Shown: piece after piece, positions 10,801 to 22,389 of the stretch
Numbering within the stretch: position 1 is the first letter of the stretch
Layout: each line of letters begins with the position of its first letter
Assembly (NCBI RefSeq): GCF_009914755.1
Contig: NC_060939.1
DNA: 64,000 bases
Reading direction: 5' to 3' (one strand)
Origin: the human T2T-CHM13v2.0 reference genome, Homo sapiens
Position numbers and translations under genes: made by a program
Notes under the pieces: generated by a model
Database searches by the model: none
What the model was told of the DNA's origin: nothing
Seen by the model: the letters and a program-made list of their open reading frames with translations, nothing else

Positions 10801-12528
10801 ATCCACTTGCAGATTCCACAAAAAGAGTGTTTCAAAACTGCTCTGTCAAAAGATAGGTTCAACTCTGTTAGTTGAGTACACACATGGCAAACAAGATTCC
10901 GAGAATGCTTTCGTCTAGTTTTTTTGGGAAGATACTTCCTTCTTCACCATAGGCCTCAAAGCGCTCCAAATATCCATTTCCACATGCTATACAAAGAGTG
11001 TCTCAAACCTGCTGTATGAATGGGAATGTTCAACTCTATGAGTTGAATGCAAACATCACAAAGAAGTTTCTGAGAATGCTGCTGTCTAGATTTTATATGA
11101 AGGTTTTCCCGCTTCCAACGAAATTTTCAATGCTCTCAAAATATCCTCTTGTAGATTCTACAAAAAGAGTGTTTCCAAACTGCTGTATCAAAACAAAGGT
11201 TCATCTCTGTTAGTTGAGGACACACATCACAAATAAGTTTCTGAGAATGCTTCTGTCTAGTTCTTATTTGAAGACATTTCCTTTCTCACCTTAGGCCTGA
11301 AAACGCTCGAAATATCCACTTCCAGATACGACAGAAACTGTGATTCAAACCTGCTCTATGAAAGGGAATGTTCAACTAGGTGACTTGAATGCAAACATCA
11401 CAAAGCAGTTTCTGAGAATGCTGCTGTCTACTTTGTATTTGTAATCCCGTTTCCAACGAAATCCTCAGAACTATCGAAATTTCCAATTGCAGATTCCACA
11501 AAAAGCGTGTTTCAAAGCTGCTCTGTAGAAAGAAAGGTTCAACTCTGTTAGTTGAATACACACGTCACAAACAAGTTTCTGAGAATGCTTCTGTCTAGTT
11601 TTTATGGGAAGATATTTCCTTTTTCACCGTAGGCCTCAAAGCGCTCCAAATGTCCACTTCCACATACTACAAAAAGAGTGTTTCAAACCTGCTGTATGAA
11701 AGGGAATGTTCAACTCTATGAGTTGAATGCAAACATTACAAAGAAGTTTCTGAGAATGCTTCTGTCTAGATTTTATATGAAGGTTTTCCCGTTTCCAACG
11801 AAATTTTCAATGCTCTCAAAATATCCACTTGTAGATTCTACAAAAAGAGTGTTTCCAAACTGCTGTGTCAAAAGAAAGGTTCAACTCTGTTAGTTGAGGA
11901 CACACATCACAAATAAGTTTCTGAGAATGCTTCTGTCTAGTTCTTATTTGAAGACATTTCCTTTCTCACCTTAGGCCTGAAAACGCTCGAAATATCCACT
12001 TCCAGATACGACAGAAACAGTGATTCAAACCTGCTCTATGAAAGGGAATGTTCAACTAGGTGACTTGAATGCAAACATCACAAAGCAGTTTCTGAGAATG
12101 CTGCTGTCTACTTTCTATTTGTAATCCCGTTTCCAACGAAATCCTCAGAACTATCGAAATTTCCAATTGCAGATTCCACAAAAAGCGTGTTTCAAAGCTG
12201 CTCTGTAGAAAGAAAGGTTCAACTCTGTTAGTTGAATACACACGTCACAAACAAGTTTCTGAGAATGCTTCTGTCTAGTTTTTATGGGAAGATATTTCCT
12301 TTTTCACCGTAGGCCTCAAAGCGCTCCAAATGTCCACTTCCACATACTACAAAAAGAGTGTTTCAAACCTGCTCTATGATAGGGAATGTTGAAACCTATG
12401 AGTTGAATGCAAGCATTACAAAGAGGTTTCTGAGAATGCTTCTGTCTAGATTTTATATGTAGATATTCCCGTTTCCAACGAAATCCTCAAAGCTATCCAA
12501 ATATCAACTTGCAGATTCTACAAAAGGA
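4858..12528 (-). repeat. Three tandem 15-monomer HORs (2557 bp each)
   Basis: Markers at 4858, 7415, 9972, 12529; each unit is core7 plus two 680-bp cassettes. Confidence 0.9.
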
Positions 12529-14384
12529 ATGTTTCCAAAATGCTGTATCCAAACAAAGGTTCAACTCTGTGAATTGAGGGCATACATCACAAAGAAGATT
12601 CTGAGAATGCTTCTGTCTAGATTTTATATGAAAATATTCCCGTTTCCAACGAAATCCTCAAAGCTATCCAAATATCCACTTGCAAATGCCACAAAAAGAG
12701 TGTTTCCAAACTGCTCTGTGAAAAGGAAGGTTCAACTCTGTTAGTTGAGTACACACATCACAAAGAGGTTTCTGAGAATGCTGCTGACTAGTTTTTATTT
12801 GAAGATATTTCCCTTTTCACCTTAGGCCTAAGAGTGCTCGAAATGTCCATTTCCACATACTCCACAAAGTGTGTTTCAAACGTGCTGTATGAAAGGGAAT
12901 GTTCAACTCTATGAGTTGAATGCAAACATCACAAAGAAGATTCTGAGAATGCTTTTGTCTAGATTTTATATGAAGATATTCCCGTGTCCAACGAAATTTT
13001 CAAAGGTCTCCAAATAAAGATTGTTTCCAAACTGCTGTATCAAAACAAAGGTTGAACTCTGTGAGTTGAGGACACACATCACAAATAAGTTTCTGAGAAT
13101 GCTTCTGTCTAGTTTTTATTTGAAGATGTTTCCTTTTTCACCATAGGCCTGAAAGCGCTCGAAATGTCCACTTCCAGATAGTACAGAAAGAGTGTTTCAA
13201 ACCTGCTCTATGAACGGGAATGTTCAGCTCTGTGAGTTGAATGCAAACATCACAAAGCAGGTTCTGAGAATGCTTCCGTCTAGATTTTAAATGAGGATAT
13301 TCCCGTTTCCAACGAAATCCTCGAAGCTATCCAAATATCCACTTGCAGATTCCACAAAAAGAGTGTTTCAAAACTGCTCTGTCAAAAGATAGGTTCAACT
13401 CTGTTAGTTGAGTACACACATGGCAAACAAGATTGCGAGAATGCTTTCGTCTAGTTTTTTTGGGAAGATATTTCCTTCTTCACCATAGGCCTCAAAGCGC
13501 TCCAAATATCCATTTCCACATGCTATACAAAGAGTGTCTCAAACCTGCTGTATGAATGGGAATGTTCAACTCTATGAGTTGAATGCAAACATCACAAAGA
13601 AGTTTCTGAGAATGCTGCTGTCTAGATTTTATATGAAGGTTTTCCCGTTTCCAACGAAATTTTCAATGCTCTCAAAATATCCACTTGTAGATTCTACAAA
13701 AAGAGTGTTTCCAAACTGCTGTGTCAAAAGAAAGGTTCAACTCTGTTAGTTGAGGACACACATCACAAATAAGTTTCTGAGAATGCTTCTGTCTAGTTCT
13801 TATTTGAAGACATTTCCTTTCTCACCTTAGGCCTGAAAACGCTCGAAATATCCACTTCCAGATACGACAGAAACAGTGATTCAAACCTGCTCTATGAAAG
13901 GGAATGTTCAACTAGGTGACTTGAATGCAAACATCACAAAGCAGTTTCTGAGAATGCTGCTGTCTACTTTCTATTTGTAATCCCGTTTCCAACGAAATCC
14001 TCAGAACTATCGAAATTTCCAATTGCAGATTCCACAAAAAGCGTGTTTCAAAGCTGCTCTGTAAAAAGAAAGGTTCAACTCTGTTAGTTGAATACACACG
14101 TCACAAACAAGTTTCTGAGAATGCTTCTGTCTAGTTTTTATGGGAAGATATTTCCTTTTTCACCGTAGGCCTCAAAGCGCTCCAAATGTCCACTTCCACA
14201 TACTACAAAAAGAGTGTTTCAAACCTGCTCTATGATAGGGAATGTTGAAACCTATGAGTTGAATGCAAGCATTACAAAGAGGTTTCTGAGAATGCTTCTG
14301 TCTAGATTTTATATGTAGATATTCCCGTTTCCAACGAAATCCTCAAAGCTATCCAAATATCAACTTGCAGATTCTACAAAAGGA
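12529..14384 (-). repeat. 11-monomer HOR with 21-bp deletion and recombinant X/Y cassette
   Basis: Spacing 1856; deletion junction near 13017. The cassette starts X-type (GCTGCTG at ~13614-13620) and then reads Y-type (CCCGTTTCC, GTGTCAAAAG). Confidence 0.88.
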
Positions 14385-17300
14385 ATGTTTCCAAAATGCT
14401 GTATCCAAACAAAGGTTCAACTCTGTGAATTGAGGGCATACATCACAAAGAAGATTCTGAGAATGCTTCTGTCTAGATTTTATATGAAAATATTCCCGTT
14501 TCCAACGAAATCCTCAAAGCTATCCAAATATCCACTTGCAAATGCCACAAAAAGAGTGTTTCCAAACTGCTCTGTGAAAAGGAAGGTTCAACTCTGTTAG
14601 TTGAGTACACACATCACAAAGAGGTTTCTGAGAATGCTGCTGACTAGTTTTTATTTGAAGATATTTCCCTTTTCACCTTAGGCCTAAGAGTGCTCGAAAT
14701 GTCCATTTCCACATACTCCACAAAGTGTGTTTCAAACGTGCTGTATGAAAGGGAATGTTCAACTCTATGAGTTGAATGCAAACATCACAAAGAAGATTCT
14801 GAGAATGCTTTTGTCTAGATTTTATATGAAGATATTCCCGTGTCCAACGAAATTTTCAAAGGTCTCCAAATATCCATTTGTAGATTCTACAAAAAGAGTG
14901 TTTCCAAACTGCTGTATCAAAACAAAGGTTGAACTCTGTGAGTTGAGGACACACATCACAAATAAGTTTCTGAGAATGCTTCTGTCTAGTTTTTATTTGA
15001 AGATGTTTCCTTTTTCACCATAGGCCTGAAAGCGCTCGAAATGTCCACTTCCAGATAGTACAGAAAGAGTGTTTCAAACCTGCTCTATGAACGGGAATGT
15101 TCAGCTCTGTGAGTTGAATGCAAACATCACAAAGCAGGTTCTGAGAATGCTTCCGTCTAGATTTTAAATGAGGATATTCCCGTTTCCAACGAAATCCTCG
15201 AAGCTATCCAAATATCCACTTGCAGATTCCACAAAAAGAGTGTTTCAAAACTGCTCTGTCAAAAGATAGGTTCAACTCTGTTAGTTGAGTACACACATGG
15301 CAAACAAGATTCCGAGAATGCTTTCGTCTAGTTTTTTTGGGAAGATATTTCCTTCTTCACCATAGGCCTCAAAGCGCTCCAAATATCCATTTCCACATGC
15401 TATACAAAGAGTGTCTCAAACCTGCTGTATGAATGGGAATGTTCAACTCTATGAGTTGAATGCAAACATCACAAAGCAGTTTCTGAGAATGCTGCTGTCT
15501 ACTTTCTATTTGTAATCCCGTTTCCAACGAAATCCTCAGAACTATCGAAATTTCCAATTGCAGATTCCACAAAAAGCGTGTTTCAAAGCTGCTCTGTAAA
15601 AAGAAAGGTTCAACTCTGTTAGTTGAATACACACGTCACAAACAAGTTTCTGAGAATGCTTCTGTCTAGTTTTTATGGGAAGATATTTCCTTTTTCACCG
15701 TAGGCCTCAAAGCGCTCCAAATGTCCACTTCCACATACTACAAAAAGAGTGTTTCAAACCTGCTGTATGAAAGGGAATGTTCAACTCTATGAGTTGAATG
15801 CAAACATTACAAAGAAGTTTCTGAGAATGCTTCTGTCTAGATTTTATATGAAGGTTTTCCCGTTTCCAACGAAATTTTCAATGCTCTCAAAATATCCACT
15901 TGTAGATTCTACAAAAAGAGTGTTTCCAAACTGCTGTGTCAAAAGAAAGGTTCAACTCTGTTAGTTGAGGACACACATCACAAATAAGTTTCTGAGAATG
16001 CTTCTGTCTAGTTCTTATTTGAAGACATTTCCTTTCTCACCTTAGGCTTGAAAATGCTCGAAATATCCACTTCCAGATACGACAGAAACAGTGATTCAAA
16101 CCTGCTCTATGAAAGGGAATGTTCAACTAGGTGACTTGAATGCAAACATCACAAAGCAGTTTCTGAGAATGCTGCTGTCTACTTTCTATTTGTAATCCCG
16201 TTTCCAACGAAATCCTCAGAACTATCGAAATTTCCAATTGCAGATTCCACAAAAAGCGTGTTTCAAAGCTGCTCTGTAAAAAGAAAGGTTCAACTCTGTT
16301 AGTTGAATACACACGTCACAAACAAGTTTCTGAGAATGCTTCTGTCTAGTTTTTATGGGAAGATATTTCCTTTTTCACCGTAGGCCTCAAAGCGCTCCAA
16401 ATGTCCACTTCCACATACTACAAAAAGAGTGTTTCAAACCTGCTGTATGAAAGGGAATGTTCAACTCTATGAGTTGAATGCAAACATTACAAAGAAGTTT
16501 CTGAGAATGCTTCTGTCTAGATTTTATATGAAGGTTTTCCCGTTTCCAACGAAATTTTCAATGCTCTCAAAATATCCACTTGTAGATTCTACAAAAAGAG
16601 TGTTTCCAAACTGCTGTGTCAAAAGAAAGGTTCAACTCTGTTAGTTGAGGACACACATCACAAATAAGTTTCTGAGAATGCTTCTGTCTAGTTCTTATTT
16701 GAAGACATTTCCTTTCTCACCTTAGGCTTGAAAACGCTCCAAATATCCACTTCCAGATACGACAGAAACAGTGATTCAAACCTGCTCTATGAAAGGGAAT
16801 GTTCAACTAGGTGACTTGAATGCAAACATCACAAAGCAGTTTCTGAGAATGCTGCTGTCTACTTTCTATTTGTAATCCCGTTTCCAACAAAATCCTCAGA
16901 ACTATCGAAATTTCCAATTGCAGATTCCACAAAAAGCGTGTTTCAAAGCTGCTCTGTAAAAAGAAAGGTTCAACTCTGTTAGTTGAATACACACGTCACA
17001 AACAAGTTTCTGAGAATGCTTCTGTCTAGTTTTTATGGGAAGATATTTCCTTTTTCACGGTAGGCCTCAAAGCGCTCCAAATGTCCACTTCCACATACTA
17101 CAAAAAGAGTGTTTCAAACCTGCTCTATGATAGGGAATGTTGAAACCTATGAGTTGAATGCAAGCATTACAAAGAGGTTTCTGAGAATGCTTCTGTCTAG
17201 ATTTTATATGTAGATATTCCCGTTTCCAACGAAATCTTCAAAGCTATCCAAATATCAACTTGCAGATTCTACAAAAGGAATGTTTCCAAAATGCTGTATC

Positions 17301-20174
17301 CAAACAAAGGTTCAACTCTGTGAATTGAGGGCATACATCACAAAGAAGATTCTGAGAATGCTTCTGTCTAGATTTTATATGAAAATATTCCCGTTTCCAA
17401 CGAAATCCTCAAAGCTATCCAAATATCCACTTGCAAATGCCACAAAAAGAGTGTTTCCAAACTGCTCTGTGAAAAGGAAGGTTCAACTCTGTTAGTTGAG
17501 TACACACATCACAAAGAGGTTTCTGAGAATGCTGCTGACTAGTTTTTATTTGAAGATATTTCCCTTTTCACCTTAGGCCTAAGAGTGCTCGAAATGTCCA
17601 TTTCCACATACTCCACAAAGTGTGTTTCAAACGTGCTGTATGAAAGGGAATGTTCAACTCTATGAGTTGAATGCAAACATCACAAAGAAGATTCTGAGAA
17701 TGCTTTTGTCTAGATTTTATATGAAGATATTCCCGTGTCCAACGAAATTTTCAAAGGTCTCCAAATATCCATTTGTAGATTCTACAAAAAGAGTGTTTCC
17801 AAACTGCTGTATCAAAACAAAGGTTGAACTCTGTGAGTTGAGGACACACATCACAAATAAGTTTCTGAGAATGCTTCTGTCTAGTTTTTATTTGAAGATG
17901 TTTCCTTTTTCACCATAGGCCTGAAAGCGCTCGAAATGTCCACTTCCAGATAGTACAGAAAGAGTGTTTCAAACCTGCTCTATGAACGGGAATGTTCAGC
18001 TCTGTGAGTTGAATGCAAACATCACAAAGCAGGTTCTGAGAATGCTTCCGTCTAGATTTTAAATGAGGATATTCCCGTTTCCAACGAAATCCTCGAAGCT
18101 ATCCAAATATCCACTTGCAGATTCCACAAAAAGAGTGTTTCAAAACTGCTCTGTCAAAAGATAGGTTCAACTCTGTTAGTTGAGTACACACATGGCAAAC
18201 AAGATTCCGAGAATGCTTTCGTCTAGTTTTTTTGGGAAGATATTTCCTTCTTCACCATAGGCCTCAAAGCGCTCCAAATATCCATTTCCACATGCTATAC
18301 AAAGAGTGTCTCAAACCTGCTGTATGAATGGGAATGTTCAACTCTATGAGTTGAATGCAAACATCACAAAGCAGTTTCTGAGAATGCTGCTGTCTACTTT
18401 CTAGTTGTAATCCCGTTTCCAACGAAATCCTCAGAACTATCGAAATTTCCAATTGCAGATTCCACAAAAAGCGTGTTTCAAAGCTGCTCTGTAAAAAGAA
18501 AGGTTCAACTCTGTTAGTTGAATACACACGTCACAAACAAGTTTCTGAGAATGCTTCTGTCTAGTTTTTATGGGAAGATATTTCCTTTTTCACCGTAGGC
18601 CTCAAAGCGCTCCAAATGTCCACTTCCACATACTACAAAAAGAGTGTTTCAAACCTGCTGTATGAAAGGGAATGTTCAACTCTATGAGTTGAATGCAAAC
18701 ATTACAAAGAAGTTTCTGAGAATGCTTCTGTCTAGATTTTATATGAAGGTTTTCCCGTTTCCAACGAAATTTTCAATGCTCTCAAAATATCCACTTGTAG
18801 ATTCTACAAAAAGAGTGTTTCCAAACTGCTGTGTCAAAAGAAAGGTTCAACTCTGTTAGTTGAGGACACACATCACAAATAAGTTTCTGAGAATGCTTCT
18901 GTCTAGTTCTTATTTGAAGACATTTCCTTTCTCACCTTAGGCTTGAAAACGCTCGAAATATCCACTTCCAGATACGACAGAAACAGTGATTCAAACCTGC
19001 TCTATGAAAGGGAATGTTCAACTAGGTGACTTGAATGCAAACATCACAAAGCAGTTTCTGAGAATGCTGCTGTCTACTTTCTATTTGTAATCCCGTTTCC
19101 AACGAAATCCTCAGAACTATCGAAATTTCCAATTGCAGATTCCACAAAAAGCGTGTTTCAAAGCTGCTCTGTAAAAAGAAAGGTTCAACTCTGTTAGTTG
19201 AATACACACGTGACAAACAAGTTTCTGAGAATGCTTCTGTCTAGTTTTTATGGGAAGATATTTCCTTTTTCACCGTAGGCCTCAAAGCGCTCCAAATGTC
19301 CACTTCCACATACTACAAAAAGAGTGTTTCAAACCTGCTGTATGAAAGGGAATGTTCAACTCTATGAGTTGAATGCAAACATTACAAAGAAGTTTCTGAG
19401 AATGCTTCTGTCTAGATTTTATATGAAGGTTTTCCCGTTTCCAACGAAATTTTCAATGCTCTCAAAATATCCACTTGTAGATTCTACAAAAAGAGTGTTT
19501 CCAAACTGCTGTGTCAAAAGAAAGGTTCAACTCTGTTAGTTGAGGACACACATCACAAATAAGTTTCTGAGAATGCTTCTGTCTAGTTCTTATTTGAAGA
19601 CATTTCCTTTCTCACCTTAGGCTTGAAAACGCTCGAAATATCCACTTCCAGATACGACAGAAACAGTGATTCAAACCTGCTCTATGAAAGGGAATGTTCA
19701 ACTAGGTGACTTGAATGCAAACATCACAAAGCAGTTTCTGAGAATGCTGCTGTCTACTTTCTATTTGTAATCCCGTTTCCAACAAAATCCTCAGAACTAT
19801 CGAAATTTCCAATTGCAGATTCCACAGAAACAGGGTTTCAAAGCTGCTCTGTAAAAAGAAAGGTTCAACTCTGTTAGTTGAATACACACGTCACAAACAA
19901 GTTTCTGAGAATGCTTCTGTCTAGTTTTTATGGGAAGATATTTCCTTTTTCACCGTAGGCCTCAAAGCGCTCCAAATGTCCACTTCCACATACTACAAAA
20001 AGAGTGTTTCAAACCTGCTCTATGATAGGGAATGTTGAAACCTATGAGTTGAATGCAAGCATTACAAAGAGGTTTCTGAGAATGCTTCTGTCTAGATTTT
20101 ATATGTAGATATTCCCGTTTCCAACGAAATCCTCAAAGCTATCCAAATATCAACTTGCAGATTCTACAAAAGGA
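14385..20174 (-). repeat. Two tandem 17-monomer HOR variants (2895 bp each)
   Basis: Markers at 14385, 17280, 20175. Both units share the GGCTTGAAA variant (16048, 16728, 18943, 19623) and the mutated CENP-B box (16889, 19784). Confidence 0.9.
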
Positions 20175-22389
20175 ATGTTTCCAAAATGCTGTATCCAAAC
20201 AAAGGTTCAACTCTGTGAATTGAGGGCATACATCACAAAGAAGATTCTGAGAATGCTTCTGTCTAGATTTTATATGAAAATATTCCCGTTTCCAACGAAA
20301 TCCTCAAAGCTATCCAAATATCCACTTGCAAATGCCACAAAAAGAGTGTTTCCAAACTGCTCTGTGAAAAGGAAGGTTCAACTCTGTTAGTTGAGTACAC
20401 ACATCACAAAGAGGTTTCTCAGAATGCTGCTGACTAGTTTTTATTTGAAGATATTTCCCTTTTCACCTTAGGCCTAAGAGTGCTCGAAATGTCCATTTCC
20501 ACATACTCCACAAAGTGTGTTTCAAACGTGCTGTATGAAAGGGAATGTTCAACTCTATGAGTTGAATGCAAACATCACAAAGAAGATTCTGAGAATGCTT
20601 TTGTCTAGATTTTATATGAAGATATTCCCGTGTCCAACGAAATTTTCAAAGGTCTCCAAATATCCATTTGTAGATTCTACAAAAAGAGTGTTTCCAAACT
20701 GCTGTATCAAAACAAAGGTTGAACTCTGTGAGTTGAGGACACACATCACAAATAAGTTTCTGAGAATGCTTCTGTCTAGTTTTTATTTGAAGATGTTTCC
20801 TTTTTCACCATAGGCCTGAAAGCGCTCGAAATGTCCACTTCCAGATAGTACAGAAAGAGTGTTTCAAACCTGCTCTATGAACGGGAATGTTCAGCTCTGT
20901 GAGTTGAATGCAAACATCACAAAGCAGGTTCTGAGAATGCTTCCGTCTAGATTTTAAATGAGGATATTCCCGTTTCCAACGAAATCCTCGAAGCTATCCA
21001 AATATCCACTTGCAGATTCCACAAAAAGAGTGTTTCAAAACTGCTCTGTCAAAAGATAGGTTCAACTCTGTTAGTTGAGTACACACATGGCAAACAAGAT
21101 TCCGAGAATGCTTTCGTCTAGTTTTTTTGGGAAGATATTTCCTTCTTCACCATAGGCCTCAAAGCGCTCCAAATATCCATTTCCACATGCTATACAAAGA
21201 GTGTCTCAAACCTGCTGTATGAATGGGAATGTTCAACTCTATGAGTTGAATGCAAACATCACAAAGCAGTTTCTGAGAATGCTGCTGTCTACTTTCTATT
21301 TGTAATCCCGTTTCCAACGAAATCCTCAGAACTATCGAAATTTCCAATTGCAGATTCCACAAAAAGCGTGTTTCAAAGCTGCTCTGTAAAAAGAAAGGTT
21401 CAACTCTGTTAGTTGAATACACACGTCACAAACAAGTTTCTGAGAATGCTTCTGTCTAGTTTTTATGGGAAGATATTTCCTTTTTCACCGTAGGCCTCAA
21501 AGCGCTCCAAATGTCCACTTCCACATACTACAAAAAGAGTGTTTCAAACCTGCTGTATGAAAGGGAATGTTCAACTCTATGAGTTGAATGCAAACATTAC
21601 AAAGAAGTTTCTGAGAATGCTTCTGTCTAGATTTTATATGAAGGTTTTCCCGTTTCCAACGAAATTTTCAATGCTCTCAAAATATCCACTTGTAGATTCT
21701 ACAAAAAGAGTGTTTCCAAACTGCTGTGTCAAAAGAAAGGTTCAACTCTGTTAGTTGAGGACACACATCACAAATAAGTTTCTGAGAATGCTTCTGTCTA
21801 GTTCTTATTTGAAGACATTTCCTTTCTCACCTTAGGCCTGAAAACGCTCGAAATATCCACTTCCAGATACGACAGAAACAGTGATTCAAACCTGCTCTAT
21901 GAAAGGGAATGTTCAACTAGGTGACTTGAATGCAAACATCACAAAGCAGTTTCTGAGAATGCTGCTGTCTACTTTCTATTTGTAATCCCGTTTCCAACGA
22001 AATCCTCAGAACTATCGAAATTTCCAATTGCAGATTCCACAAAAAGCGTGTTTCAAAGCTGCTCTGTAAAAAGAAAGGTTCAACTCTGTTAGTTGAATAC
22101 ACACGTCACAAACAAGTTTCTGAGAATGCTTCTGTCTAGTTTTTATGGGAAGATATTTCCTTTTTCACCGTAGGCCTCAAAGCGCTCCAAATGTCCACTT
22201 CCACATACTACAAAAAGAGTGTTTCAAACCTGCTCTATGATAGGGAATGTTGAAACCTATGAGTTGAATGCAAGCATTACAAAGAGGTTTCTGAGAATGC
22301 TTCTGTCTAGATTTTATATGTAGATATTCCCGTTTCCAACGAAATCCTCAAAGCTATCCAAATATCAACTTGCAGATTCTACAAAAGGA
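20175..22389 (-). repeat. 13-monomer HOR variant (core7 + j,k dimer + one cassette)
   Basis: Spacing 2215 = 1197+338+680; same g-to-j junction as the 17-mers, at 21246-21266. Confidence 0.88.
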
